NCBI GenBank assembly: GCA_951406725.2
Contig: OX597834.1
Coordinates: forward strand, 23,746,001 to 23,810,000
Source: Octopus vulgaris
Lineage: Eukaryota
Direction: 5' to 3'
Length of the DNA stretch: 64,000 nucleotides
The stretch's first letter is position 1. Each line of letters begins with the position of its first letter. Made by a program: the position numbers and the translations under genes. This document shows, in pieces, positions 11,950 through 25,300 of this stretch. The notes under the pieces are model-generated. The model did not search any database. It was not told the origin of the DNA and was given only the letters and a program-made list of their open reading frames with translations.

Positions 11950-13045
11950 GCCTTTTGCAGCACCACATATCACACACCTTTCTCTCTTGTACAGTCTGAT
12001 TCCTCTTCAGTTCATTTGTACTCTGTGATATATGCATACTAACATTACTCGTATACTGGAGCTTGCTTGCTTCCTCAATTTCTAGCCTTTGCAAATCTCC
12101 TGCATTCAGGGCCCATGTCTCATCACCATCCAGCACAGTAGTTTTAACACATGCATATAAAATTTGCCTGTACTCCAAGGAAGAAAACATTTGTTGTTAA
12201 CAAAGGAACCAGCAGCATGAATTTTTTCCAACCTGTTTGCCGGTGGCACGTAAAAAGCACCCACTACACTCATGGAGTGGTTGGTGTTAGGAAGGGCATC
12301 CAGCCGTAGAAACATTGCCAGATCAGACTGGGCCTGGTGCAGCCTTCTGGCTTCCCAGACCCCAGTTGCACCGTCCAACCCATGCCAGCATGGAAAGCGG
12401 ACGCTAAACGATGATGATGATGATGATGTTCTAAACTGGCAACTATAATTTGAGCAACCAACTCCTCTGCTACTTATGCCTCCTAGGGAACAGAAATTGT
12501 CCATTATTTCAAGCAAGTCAACTGAGCATGTAAGAAATTCTACTTCCATGGGTTCTAAGTGCATCATGCTCCAGTGCCTTCATTGTTAATGCCAGTGATT
12601 CTACATCTTTTCTTGGTCCAGAGTTAAGAGTGGGTGTAGCATATGTTGTTTTTACCCACTCCTTTTCTGCATGACAATCAAAGCCCTTTCCTTGATAGTA
12701 CTGGAGTCCTAAACTCTCTCCCGCGTTAACCTCGAAACCACTCAATTCTAGGTTTAGCTTCCATATCTAGAATTTCTCCTCTGATTCTACATTTTCAGCT
12801 AGATCAGTATCATATAGGAGTTCCCATGAACAGCCAATCTTAAACTCCTCTGTCATGGCGTGATGAATAAGAGAGAGATGAGGATTGAGCCTTGATGAAC
12901 ACCTAACTTCACGCTAAATACAATACTGAACTCATTACTGACTCACTTTACTTACTACATCATTGTACAACCCTCACAAGCCATTCATCTACACCTACTT
13001 TCTTAGTGCCCACCACATTAGCAGGGCATGACACCCTGTCAAAAG
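11950..13045 (-). mobile_element. Degenerate RTE-like LINE reverse transcriptase remnant with an inserted repeat
   Basis: Fragments such as LYACVKTTVLDGDETWAL and FSVKVGVHQGS-like and ELLYDTDL-like segments, with many stops. Confidence 0.65.
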
Positions 13046-13886
13046 CCAAATGTACCCCACCTTCCTGTACTAGTACTACAATGGAAATCTGTTATGTCAC
13101 TCTTCCTCAAGAGTGACCAGTGAGCAAAATAATCTGTCTTGTGATGGTACCACAAAAATATGCCCAATACAGATTGTACAGTGGTCAGCAGAGAATGTAT
13201 AGGGATCTGAGATCTTATTATTCAAACTGTCTAGTGTTGGTGCTACAAGAAAATGTGCCCAGTTCACTCTGAAAAGTGGTTGACAATAGGAAAGATGGGG
13301 AATGTGTTAATAATATAGAATTTCACTTTGCATCATCGTTATAATGTTCACTTTCTGGCGTTTGTAGAAGCAGATTTTCTATGGCCATATACTTTTTCTA
13401 TTACCAACTTCGTTTCTAAGCTACATAGTATTTTCCCCCAGTATTAACACGTTTCCATAAGAAAGGTTGCAAACAAACAACACTGGTGATGTCATTTCAT
13501 TACAATTCGTATATGTCAAAACAAGAAGGCAATCTTATGCATAAATATACATATACAAATTTTACCGACAACATCAAATTCCTATAAAGTGCATTTTCAC
13601 TTTTTGGAAATATGCTTAATAAAATAGTTAAGACCATTCTGAAACAAGGCTTTTATTAAAAATTTCACAGTGAATATTATTTCAATGTTGTGGATGTAAT
13701 TTCAGTTTTATTAAATAGTGTTGAGAGTTCAGCTTCACCATGTTAGATCATATTTCCTATATGGATCTATTTACAGTTATATGAACTAGTTTTTTTATAT
13801 AGGTTGACTTGAAATTGATGGTTGCTTTTCTGTATGAATAAATATATGAATAGTTGCTTTTTTGAAAGGTGTACTTGTCAAAGACA

Positions 13887-14903
13887 TCAGTTACATCGCT
13901 TTTTGCCAATATGAATATGTTTGTGTCTAATTAAGTTATCTCTGCGTGAGAATGATTTACCACAGATATCGCAATGATATGGCTTCTCCCCTGTATGAAT
14001 ATGTTTGTGCGTAGTTAAGTTATGATTTTTAGTGAATGACTTACCACAGGTATCACAGTGATATGGTTTCTCACCCGTATGAATACGTTTGTGTTTTGTT
14101 AAATGACTACTTACAGAGAATGATTTACCACAGACATCACAGTGATATGGTCTCTCTCCAGTATGAATACGTCTGTGAATTATTAGACCATTATTATGAG
14201 AGAATGATTTATCACAGATATCACAGTGATACGGTTTCTCCCCTGTATGAACATGTTTATGTTTAGTTAAGTTACTACTTCCAGAAAATGACTCACCACA
14301 GATATCACAGTGATATGGCTTCTCTCCTGTATGAATACGTGTGTGAGTAGTTAAGTCGCTATTTGACAAGAATGATTTACCACAGACATCACAGTGATAA
14401 GGCTTAATCCCAGTATGTATTCGTTTGTGTCGTGTTAAATCACTGCCTCCAGAGAATGACTTACCACAGATATCACAATGATACGGCTTTTCCCCTGTAT
14501 GTGTACGTATGTGAGTGGTTAAATCACCACTTCCAGAGAATGATTTGCCACAGACATTACAGTGATATGGCTTCTCTCCTGTGTGAATACGTTTGTGTTT
14601 AGTGAGGTGACTTCTTTGAGAGAATGATTCACTACAGACATTGCAGTGAAATGGCTTCTCTCCTGTATGAATGCGCTTGTGAGTAGTTAAGTTACTGGTT
14701 TGGGAGAATGATTTACCACAAATATCACAGTGATATGGTTTTTCTCTGATAGGAACACATTTGTGAGTAGTTAAGTTACATCTCTGAGAGAATGAATTAT
14801 CACAGATATCACAGTAGTACATTGTTTTTTCTCTGGTTGTTAGTATTTCATCAGGAAGGTAAATTCTTTCAAACTCTGTTTTACATTCAGCTTCGTTTGC
14901 CAT
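13887..14903 (-). CDS. Tandem C2H2 zinc-finger protein (ZNF-A), 338 aa, 11 fingers (first degenerate), no KRAB/SCAN/BTB domain
   Basis: Repeated [10 protein letters not shown]-x5-L-x2-H-x3-H with TGEKP linkers in a single coding exon. Upstream acceptor tttcag|AAG at 15093-15094. Confidence 0.95.
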   Translation of the reverse strand: MANEAECKTEFERIYLPDEILTTREKTMYYCDICDNSFSQRCNLTTHKCVPIREKPYHCDICGKSFSQTSNLTTHKRIHTGEKPFHCNVCSESFSQRSHLTKHKRIHTGEKPYHCNVCGKSFSGSGDLTTHIRTHTGEKPYHCDICGKSFSGGSDLTRHKRIHTGIKPYHCDVCGKSFLSNSDLTTHTRIHTGEKPYHCDICGESFSGSSNLTKHKHVHTGEKPYHCDICDKSFSHNNGLIIHRRIHTGERPYHCDVCGKSFSVSSHLTKHKRIHTGEKPYHCDTCGKSFTKNHNLTTHKHIHTGEKPYHCDICGKSFSRRDNLIRHKHIHIGKKRCN

Positions 14904-15317
14904 AATATCTCTTCACTGTTCAACTCTCACTTCACAAGAGATATTTCATTTCATTGTAGTTCCACCACAGATTCATGCATACAGGGTTACATCGATTGTG
15001 TAAGGCATCTGCTTTTCCTCTTTAAACATTTGTATGTACTGATGATGCATCCAAAGTAAAAAATTTCTTTTACACCAATGTCATCCTTTCTTCTGAAACA
15101 ATAGAGAAACAGTATAAAACATTGAGGATGCAAAACTTATAAATGTAATAAAAAAAAAATGTATTACGTAACAATGGAAAGTAGCAACTGGAATACCAAT
15201 AGATCAAAGGTTTTAAACTATGAGCTAACAAATTAGCTTAAATTTAGACAAAATATAGCTTCAAAATTCTTAACTCTCATTTATATCTACACACACACAC
15301 ACACATACATACATACA

Positions 15318-15369
<52 letters not shown>

Positions 15370-15427
15370 ATGTATGTACTTACCATACAGTCACTCCTGC
15401 GCCTATTTACTCTGGAATTAATTAGAA

Positions 15428-15610
15428 TGGCAGGTGGAAGACTAGTGGGACCACAATTCATTGTTCCTGAAACTGAAATCCTCAACTGGGGATCAATCTT
15501 TGAGGAAAATTGGAATATCACCCAATTAACCGAATCACAAGACAAGATTCTTCAGTGGTTTGCACAACGTGGGCTAGTTACAAATTTATACATGTGCGAA
15601 AATTGTAATT
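15428..15610 (+). pseudogene. Possible N-terminal remnant of a second Merlin-type transposase, interrupted by a SINE
   Basis: ESQDKILQWFAQRGLVTNLYMCENC resembles the Merlin N-terminus (compare EEDVVSYLQEKGIIPKRKLCANKH in the 4793-5683 ORF). Confidence 0.4.
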
Positions 15611-15982
15611 CATTTCTGCTCTAGACAGAGGGCCCGAAACTTTTGTGGGGTGGGGGCAGTCGATTAGATCAACCGCAATACGCAACGGGTACTTAATTTA
15701 TCGATGAAAGGCGAAGTCGACCTTAGCGGAATTTGAACTCAGAACGTAAAGCAGACGAAATACCTATTTCTTTACTACCCACAAGGGGCTAAACACAGAG
15801 AGGACAAACAGATTAAGTCGATTATATCGACCCCAATGCGTAACTGGTACTTATTTAATCGACCCCGAAAGGATGAAAGGCAAAGTCGACCTCGGCGGAA
15901 TTTGAACTCAGAACGTAACGGCAGACGAAATACGGCTACGCATTTCGCCCGGCGTGCTAACGTTTCTGCCAGCTCGCCGCTT
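15611..15982 (-). mobile_element. tRNA-derived SINE (ggcgagctggcagaaacgttagc family) with an 18-bp TSD; other copies ~36503-36785 and 56682-56910
   Basis: Direct repeat tgtgcgaaaattgtaatt at 15593-15610 and 15983-16000. B-box-like gagttcaaattcc. Confidence 0.85.
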
Positions 15983-16665
15983 TGTGCGAAAATTGTAATT
16001 GGCCAGGGTACCTTACTATATTTAATTGACTAATTATCTCCCCCTTAATTTTCATTTACTTTTTTAATATCACTAAACTGAACAATTAGCAAATCTGCAA
16101 TTCAGAATTTCAAAATTTTCAAACGAAAAGATATGCGATTTAAGGGAGATTTAGCTGTTGTTTCTAGCACATCCTACAAATACCTGGTTCCATCCTCGTT
16201 TACTTGTTACTCTAACAGGCGTTGATGGTTTTTTTCAATATTTTTTGACCCATAAATACATTTGATGGAATGATGATGTGGAAGCAAAACACAGATTTTG
16301 TTTAGCCGAAAGATGGTCCATTTTTAGGATTTGAGCAAAAAAAAAAAATGTCCGGTTAATATTTACAATATTACAGGGTAAACATTAACCAAAACCACAT
16401 TTTTTTTTGTTAGCAAAAAGCGTGGGGGTGCAATTTAAAAAATTTACCAAAGAAACTGGTGCCAATGCAAAATTTCTTTAGATAGATGCACCGAGACCCC
16501 TGTATCTAATTAGTGCCAAAATTAGTTACTATTTGTAGCAGGGGCTCGTTATTTAGTCCCAGATTAGCCGTCATTCAACAGATCTATAACAAGTAGGTTG
16601 TTCTATCGATTTTCGAAGAAAAGACGGATGAATTAAATAAAATAAACATTAAAAAAAAATAATAC

Positions 16666-16956
16666 CTCATATAATAATAACTATGTTGAATTGGCAGATA
16701 GTAGCTTGGTCTTCGTCGATTGTTGGCTTCCAATTGTTAGTTAAGGAATGTTGTAGATTGTCGTGTGTAACTGTTGCTGGTGTACGTCAAGACAAAGGGA
16801 TTAATGTACGTTGTGTATGGAATTGGGTTCACAAAACATTGAAACCAACAGAATCTTGGAAACAGCAGAGGAACCGTATTACATAAGCCTTTCCCTTCGT
16901 GGCTTACTGAGGAATGAATGGAAGGAGTGGGGGAAACAATGTTGGATGTTCATTGG
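16666..16956 (-). promoter_or_regulatory. Putative promoter and non-coding exon 1 of ZNF-A (duplicate at 19497-19787)
   Basis: CCAAT at 16952-16956 (-), donor GAG|GTATTA at 16665-16664. Predicted splice to the acceptor at 15093-15094. Confidence 0.55.
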
Positions 16957-17573
16957 TTAGTTTTGGTCATGTGGCAAGACGTCTAGTAACGTCCAAGGAG
17001 CACAACTTATTTTGGGAAATAAATAAATAAGAAAAAACGAGAGTTCCGTGAAGTACCGAATGGAAAAGCAAAGGTCGTTTATTTTGGTCAATATAAAGAT
17101 CCTCACCCGGGAAAAAAAACAAAACATTAACCAGCCTGGTGGACGTTAAATATGTAGAAAACGAATATGAAAACAAAAAAAAAAAAGATGTGCGCTCACG
17201 ACCCAGGAGGGTGGAGGGGACTTTCGGAAAATTCACAAGATCCGATTTTTCCTTCGTAACTTCCGGTAAAATGGATATATATATATATATATATATATAT
17301 TACTCTTTTACTTGTTTCAGTCATTTGACTGCGGCCATGCTGGAGCACCATATATAAATATATGTTGATCTTTTTTACGGAATCCCACGTTTTGGGTAAT
17401 GGAGGATGCGATTCTGGAAAAAAAATTTTTTCAAAAAATCGCATTTGAAAAATTTGAAGTAAACCCGCCCCACTTATTTTCACTTTTCCAAGAAATTTTT
17501 TTTTGCGAAATACGTAGAAAAATACGAAGATTACGATTCTAAGTTCAATTTTTAAAAAAGATGCACACTCACA

Positions 17574-17664
<91 letters not shown>

Positions 17665-17667
<3 letters not shown>

Positions 17668-17840
17668 AGGTCTTCCCATAAGTTCTGTCCGAATTTTGAA
17701 TAAAGAAAACAAGTGATCAAATGTAATATTTAATTGAAATTTATTCATCAATGTACTTTCCCCGATTGTCTCTGACTTCCTTCCATCTAGTTACAAGCTT
17801 TTTAATCCCATCAATGTAAAACTCATTTGGTTTCAAAGCT
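17665..17840 (-). mobile_element. Mariner 3' end fragment (duplicate ~20492-20665)
   Basis: FYIDGIKKLVTRWKEVRDN matches the mariner C-terminal motif (FY..GI..L..RW..V). It is followed by a TIR-like sequence. Confidence 0.7.
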
Positions 17841-20400
17841 ACATGGTTCCCGGTTCAGTCCCACTGCGTGGCACATTGGGCAAGTTTCTTCTACTATAGC
17901 CTCAGGCCGACTGAAGCCTTGTGAGTGGATTTGATTAATGGAAACCGAAAGAAGCCAGTGGCACATATCAAGCACCTACTGCACTCTTGTAGTGGTTGGT
18001 GTTAGGAAGGGCAACCAGCTGTAGAAACCTTGCCAGATCAGATTCAAGCCTGGTCCAACCTTCTGGCTTGCCAGTCCTCAGTCAAACCTTTCAACCCATG
18101 CCAGCAAGGAAAGCAGCCGTTAAATGATGAATATATATATATATATCACCGTGACCGACAGACTATCAGATGTTGCTACACATCGCTGGAAACAATGCGC
18201 TTCGCATTGTTTCAGCCTTTCAAATGACGCCATCCCGCTGGCCAATATATATATAGGTGGGCACAGGACGTCATGGAACGTAAACAATATAAAGAAACGA
18301 AAATGTGAGATACAAAATGGAGAGAAGCACTCCGTCGATTACGACGACGAGGGTTCCAGTTGATCCGATCAACGGAACAGCCTGCTCGTGAAATTAATGT
18401 GTAAGTGGCTGAGCACTCCACAGACACGTTCACCCTTAACGTAGTTCTTGGGGGATATTCAGCATGACACAGAGAGTGACAAGGCCGGCCCCTTGAAATA
18501 CAGGTACAACAGAAACAGGAAGAAAGAGTGATAGAAAGTTGTGGTGAAAGAGTACAGCAGGGATCACCACCATCCCCTGCCGAAGCCTCGTGGAGCTTTT
18601 AGGTGTTTTCGCTCAATAAACACTCCCAACGCCCGGTCTGGGAATCGAAACCGCGATCCTACGACTGCGAGTCCGTTGCCCTAACCACTGGGCCATTGAG
18701 TCTCCTAGATACAAAATATGTATGCAGGGAATATGAACTTTTTTTTGCAACAACGAAAGAAACAAATGGAAAACAAGACAAGCATCAAAATAAACAACCC
18801 TTCAGCAGTTGTCAGCTGTTTTTTCTAATCCGGATTTCAGGCAATTCAACAAGACACGCCTTCGATAAAACATTACTTCCCGCAAAGCAAATTTGTCAGC
18901 AGCCAGCCATGAGGATCGTTCTCACATCCCTCCGATATCCAGTTTAACTTAGATGGTAAAGCATTCCAACTGGATATTGGAGGGATGTGAGTTCGATCCT
19001 CATGGCTGGCTGCCAACAAACTTTTCTGCTTTTAGAAGAAAAAAATGGATTTTATCCTTTATATATACTGTTCAGTATCCACATGTTCAATAAAAATTCA
19101 TCTTTCTACTTGTTCTACAATACATTCCAACACTTTGAAAACAAACTTTTTTGTTTACATTGGATTTGCCAGCCTCGCCTCGCCTCCGTGCCCGTGGCAC
19201 ATAAAAATCACCATCCGACCGTGGCCGTTTGCCAGCCTCGTCTGGCACCTGAGCCGGTGGCACGTAAAAAGCACCCACTACACCCATGGAGTGGTTGGCA
19301 TTAGGAAGGGCATACAGCCGTAGAAACATTGCCAGATCAGACTGGGCCTGGTGCAGCCTTCTGGCTTCCCAGACCCCAGTTGCACCGTCCAACCCATGCC
19401 AGCATGGAAAGCGGACGCTAAACGATGATGATGATATATATACCTTTGATATGCTGGCCATTGATAAAATTTATTTAAAAAAAAAAAAAATAATACCTCA
19501 TATAATAATAACTATGTTGAATTGGCAGATAGTAGCTTGGTCTTCGTCGATTGTTGGCTTCCAATTGTTAGTTAAGGAATGTTGTAGATTGTCGTGTGTA
19601 ACTGTTGCTGGTGTACGTCAAGACAAAGGGATTAATGTACGTTGTGTATGGAATTGGGTTCACAAAACATTGAAACCAACAGAATCTTGGAAACAGCAGA
19701 GGAACCGTATTACATAAGCCTTTCCCTTCGTGGCTTACTGAGGAATGAATGGAAGGAGTGGGGGAAACAATGTTGGATGTTCATTGGTTAGTTTTGGTCA
19801 TGTGGCAAGACGTCTAGTAACGTCCAAGGAGCACAACTTATTTTGGGAAATAAATAAATAAGAAAAAACGAGAGTTCCGTGAAGTACCGAATGGAAAAGC
19901 AAAGGTCGTTTATTTTGGTCAATATAAAGATCCTCACCCGGGAAAAAAACAAAACATTAACCAGCCTGGTGGACGTTAAATATGTAGAAAACGAATATGA
20001 AAACAAAAAAAAAAGATGTGCGCTCACGACCCAGGAGGGTGGAGGGGACTTTCGGAAAATTCACAAGATCCGATTTTTCCTTCGTAACTTCCGGTAAAAT
20101 GGATATATATATATATATATATATATATTACTCTTTTACTTGTTTCAGTCATTTGACTGCGGCCATGCTGGAGCACCATATATAAATATATGTTGATCTT
20201 TTTTACGGAATCCCACGTTTTGGGTAATGGAGGATGCGATTCTGGAAAAAAATTTTTTCAAAAAATCGCATTTGAAAAATTTGAAGTAAACCCGCCCCAC
20301 TTATTTTCACTTTTCCAAGAAATTTTTTTTTGCGAAATACGTAGAAAAATACGAAGATTACGATTCTAAGTTCAATTTTTAAAAAAGATGCACACTCACA

Positions 20401-20492
<92 letters not shown>

Positions 20493-22331
20493 TCAGGTCT
20501 TCCCATAAGTTCTGTCCGAATTTTGAATAAAGAAAACAAGTGATCAAATGTAATATTTAATTGAAATTTATTCATCAATGTACTTTCCCGATTGTCTCTG
20601 ACTTCCTTCCATCTAGTTACAAGCTTTTTAATCCCATCAATGTAAAACTCATTTGGTTTCAAAGCTACATGGTTCCCGGTTCAGTCCCACTGCGTGGCAC
20701 ATTGGGCAAGTTTCTTCTACTATAGCCTCAGGCCGACTGAAGCCTTGTGAGTGGATTTGATTAATGGAAACCGAAAGAAGCCAGTGGCACATATCAAGCA
20801 CCTACTGCACTCTTGTAGTGGTTGGTGTTAGGAAGGGCAACCAGCTGTAGAAACCTTGCCAGATCAGATTCAAGCCTGGTCCAACCTTCTGGCTTGCCAG
20901 TCCTCAGTCAAACCTTTCAACCCATGCCAGCAAGGAAAGCAGCCGTTAAATGATGAATATATATATATATATCACCGTGACCGACAGACTATCAGATGTT
21001 GCTACACATCGCTGGAAACAATGCGCTTCGCATTGTTTCAGCCTTCAAATGACGCCATCCCGCTGGCCAATATATATATAGGTGGGCACAGGACGTCATG
21101 GAACGTAAACAATATAAAGAAACGAAAATGTGAGATACAAAATGGAGAGAAGCACTCCGTCGATTACGACGACGAGGGTTCCAGTTGATCCGATCAACGG
21201 AACAGCCTGCTCGTGAAATTAATGTGTAAGTGGCTGAGCACTCCACAGACACGTTCACCCTTAACGTAGTTCTTGGGGGATATTCAGCATGACACAGAGA
21301 GTGACAAGGCCGGCCCCTTGAAATACAGGTACAACAGAAACAGGAAGAAAGAGTGATAGAAAGTTGTGGTGAAAGAGTACAGCAGGGATCACCACCATCC
21401 CCTGCCGAAGCCTCGTGGAGCTTTTAGGTGTTTTCGCTCAATAAACACTCCCAACGCCCGGTCTGGGAATCGAAACCGCGATCCTACGACTGCGAGTCCG
21501 TTGCCCTAACCACTGGGCCATTGAGTCTCCTAGATACAAAATATGTATGCAGGGAATATGAACTTTTTTTTGCAACAACGAAAGAAACAAATGGAAAACA
21601 AGACAAGCATCAAAATAAACAACCCTTCAGCAGTTGTCAGCTGTTTTTTCTAATCCGGATTTCAGGCAATTCAACAAGACACGCCTTCGATAAAACATTA
21701 CTTCCCGCAAAGCAAATTTGTCAGCAGCCAGCCATGAGGATCGTTCTCACATCCCTCCGATATCCAGTTTAACTTAGATGGTAAAGCATTCCAACTGGAT
21801 ATTGGAGGGATGTGAGTTCGATCCTCATGGCTGGCTGCCAACAAACTTTTCTGCTTTTAGAAGAAAAAAATGGATTTTATCCTTTATATATACTGTTCAG
21901 TATCCACATGTTCAATAAAAATTCATCTTTCTACTTGTTCTACAATACATTCCAACACTTTGAAAACAAACTTTTTTGTTTACATTGGATTTGCCAGCCT
22001 CGCCTCGCCTCCGTGCCCGTGGCACATAAAAATCACCATCCGACCGTGGCCGTTTGCCAGCCTCGTCTGGCACCTGAGCCGGTGGCACGTAAAAAGCACC
22101 CACTACACCCATGGAGTGGTTGGCATTAGGAAGGGCATACAGCCGTAGAAACATTGCCAGATCAGACTGGGCCTGGTGCAGCCTTCTGGCTTCCCAGACC
22201 CCAGTTGCACCGTCCAACCCATGCCAGCATGGAAAGCGGACGCTAAACGATGATGATGATATATATACCTTTGATATGCTGGCCATTGATAAAATTTATT
22301 TAAAAAAAAAAATTTTATCCTACATTAGTTG

Positions 22332-22389
<58 letters not shown>

Positions 22390-22908
22390 TACATATATAT
22401 TTAAAAAATAAGGAAAAAATGGAGGGGTAGTTAATAAAATCATTTATTAATTATATTTGACATCTCTTTCAATTCAGTAATCTTTAGATAATTAATTTAT
22501 AAAATTAAAATCATTATAAGATGAACCTCTTTAGAGGTAGTAAAGATATACCGATTAAAAATACGTGTTGAGATAACAGCTATAAACCATTAATGTTGAA
22601 TTAAATGATGTGGTCTTAGACAACCCTTAGGAACTGTAATGGTAAGAGGAGTATCCCCTTTGATCATATAGGACTAAACAACATCAGCAAACTATTTATT
22701 AAAAATTTCACTGTTGTGGATGTAATTGCAGTTTTATAAAATAGTGTTGAGAGTTCAGCATCACCATGTTATATCATATTTCCTGTATGGATCTATTTAC
22801 AGTTATATGAACTAGTTTTTTTATATAGGTTGACTTGAAATTCATGGTTGCTTTTCTGTATGAATACATGAATCGTTGCTTTTCTGAAAGGTGTACTTAT
22901 CAAAGACA

Positions 22909-24009
22909 TCAGTTATATCGCTTTTTGCCAATATGAATATGTTTGTGTCTAGTTAAGTTATCTCTGCGAGAGAATGATTTACCACAGATATCGCAATGAT
23001 ATGGCTTCTCCCCAGTATGAATGCTTTTGTGTGTAGTTAAGTTATGATTTTTAGAGAATGATTTACCACAGATATCACAGTGATATGGTTTCTCACCCGT
23101 ATGAATACGTTTGTGAGTAGTTAAATCACTACTTCCAGAGAATGATTTACCACAGATATCACAGTGATATGGCTTCTCTCCTGTGTGAATACGTTTGTGT
23201 TTTGTTAGGTGACTACTTACAGAGAATGATTTATCACAGACATCACAGTGATATGGTCTCTCTCCAGTATGAAAGCGTTTGTGTGTTGTCAGAGCATTAT
23301 TATGAGAGAATGATTTATCACAGATATCACAGTGATACGGTTTCTCCCCTGTATGAACATGTTTATGTTTAGTTAAGTTACTACTTCCAGAAAATGACTC
23401 ACCACAGATATCACAGTGATATGGCTTCTCTCCTGTATGAATACGTTTGTGAGTAGTTAAGTCGCTATTTGACAAGAATGATTTACCACAGACATCACAG
23501 TGATAAGGCTTAATCCCAGTATGTATTCGTTTGTGTCGTGTTAAATCACTGCCTCCAGAGAATGACTTACCACAGATATCACAATGATACGGCTTTTCCC
23601 CTGTATGTGTACGTATGTGAGTGGTTAAATCACCACTTCCAGAGAATGATTTACCACAGACATTACAGTGATATGGCTTCTCTCCTGTGTGAATACGTTT
23701 GTGTTTAGTGAGGTGACTTCTTTGAGAGAATGATTCACTACAGACATTGCAGTGAAATGGTTTCTCTCCTGTATGAATGCGTATGTGAGTAGTTAAGTTA
23801 CTGGTTTGGGAGAATGATTTACCACAAATATCACAGTGATATGGTTTTTCTTTGATAGGAACACATTTGTGAGTAGTTAAGTTACATTCCTGAGAGAAAG
23901 AATTATCACAGATATCACAGTAGTACATTGTTTTTTCTCTGGTTGCCACTATTTCATCAGGAAGGTAAATTCTTTCAAACTCTGTTTTACATTCAGCTTC
24001 GTTTGCCAT
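22909..24009 (-). CDS. Tandem C2H2 zinc-finger protein (ZNF-B), 366 aa, 12 fingers (first degenerate); paralogue of ZNF-A
   Basis: Same N-terminus and finger order as ZNF-A plus one extra finger (GSSDLTTH). Upstream acceptor tttcag|AAG at 24346-24347. Confidence 0.95.
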   Translation of the reverse strand: MANEAECKTEFERIYLPDEIVATREKTMYYCDICDNSFSQECNLTTHKCVPIKEKPYHCDICGKSFSQTSNLTTHIRIHTGEKPFHCNVCSESFSQRSHLTKHKRIHTGEKPYHCNVCGKSFSGSGDLTTHIRTHTGEKPYHCDICGKSFSGGSDLTRHKRIHTGIKPYHCDVCGKSFLSNSDLTTHKRIHTGEKPYHCDICGESFSGSSNLTKHKHVHTGEKPYHCDICDKSFSHNNALTTHKRFHTGERPYHCDVCDKSFSVSSHLTKHKRIHTGEKPYHCDICGKSFSGSSDLTTHKRIHTGEKPYHCDICGKSFSKNHNLTTHKSIHTGEKPYHCDICGKSFSRRDNLTRHKHIHIGKKRYN

Positions 24010-24544
24010 AATATCTCTTCAGTGTTCAATTTTCCATGTGTTTCCAAGCAAATATTTCTTCTGTTATACCTCTGTCAATCAACTATTTACTTTGCAACAA
24101 TTCCTTTTGAAAATTTGTCCAAATTTAATCAGAATGCAAAATTTTCCAAACAGTGAAGTAAAATGACAATGCTTTTACTCTCACTTCACAGGAGATATTT
24201 CATTTCATTGTAGTTCCACCATAGATTTATGCATACAGGTTTACATCGATTGTGTAAGGCATCTTCTTTTCTTCTTTAAGCATTTGTATGTACTGATGAT
24301 GCATCCAAAGTAAAAAATTCTCTTACATCAATGTCATCCTTTCTTCTGAAACAATAGAGAAACAGTATAAAATATTGAGGATGCAAAACTTATAACTCCA
24401 TTAAATAATCTAATAAAAAAAATGTATTATGTAACAATGGGAAGTAGCCACTGGAATACCAACAGATCAAAGGTTTTAAACTATGAGCTAACAAATTAGC
24501 TTAAATTTAGACAAAATATAACTTCAAAATTCTTGACTCTCATT

Positions 24545-24575
<31 letters not shown>

Positions 24576-24865
24576 GTATATATATGCATGCATGTGTGTG
24601 TGTGTGTGTGTGTGTGTGTATCCCTGTCGATTTACAAAGGGAATATGATGGTTCTAAATCAGCATCATTGTCTTACAAGTTGTTTGTTTCCAGTCTTCTG
24701 TAAAAAAAACAACCTATCAAGCTATGGGGAAACATCACCTTGCTTGGAAACAGGTGAAGGGAGATAATAAATATATGCTTGAAACATCAACATTACGTAA
24801 TTTACATTCTCGAAAATGTATTTCAGCAAAATGTCATTTAAAAATATGCACTTTAAAGAAGAATT

Positions 24866-25041
24866 GGCGATCTTTCGTCTCTAGTAGACCTTTCCGTCGA
24901 TTTCCGTAAAAGATTTTTTTTTTTTTTTACATATGGGCTTGCGGGAACTTTTGAAGTAATGAGAGCGAAAGAGACTAAGAGAAAGCGATTGTATGACGAG
25001 GGAAGTTCTTTTGAAGTTACCGTGGATGGGAAGCATTGATG

Positions 25042-25072
<31 letters not shown>

Positions 25073-25300
25073 TTGATGGGGTGTGGGAGACAGACAGTAT
25101 GTTGTGTAAGTGAAGTGTGCTTCTGTTAGTGTGTGTGAAGAGACAGAGTAATGTGTGAAAGAAAGATAACTGAAATTTTTTACTCGGTGTATGTGTATAT
25201 GTATGTATATTACTTCAAAAGTTCCCGCAAGCCCATATGTAAAAAAAAAAAATTCTTTACGGAAATCGACGGAAAGGTCTACTAGAGACGAAAGATCGCC
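24866..25300. mobile_element. MITE with ~90-bp GGCGATC TIRs and a perfect 8-bp TSD (Merlin-type)
   Basis: TSD gaagaatt at 24858-24865 and 25301-25308. TIR ggcgatctttcgtctctagtagacctttccgtcgatttccgtaaa. Confidence 0.9.

Larger units (their letters stand above)
16651..22312. repeat. Tandem direct duplication of a ~2.83-kb unit (16651-~19480 and ~19481-22312)
   Basis: Identical ORF sets offset by 2825-2831 nt. The differences I could see are homopolymer or microsatellite lengths. The junction lies in an A-run. Confidence 0.95.

Noticed and set aside
14036-14266. Repetitive + strand ORFs (also 23142-23372)
   Set aside because: Antisense shadows of the 84-nt zinc-finger repeat.
13887-14903. 84-bp periodic repeats resembling a CRISPR array
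   Set aside because: They are in-frame C2H2 finger repeats in a spliceosomal-intron genome, with no cas genes.
19087-19461. Recurrent ORFs of the type [22 protein letters not shown]
   Set aside because: Translations of a high-copy non-coding repeat seen at ~12240, 46350, 46800, 50800, 56500 and 57430.
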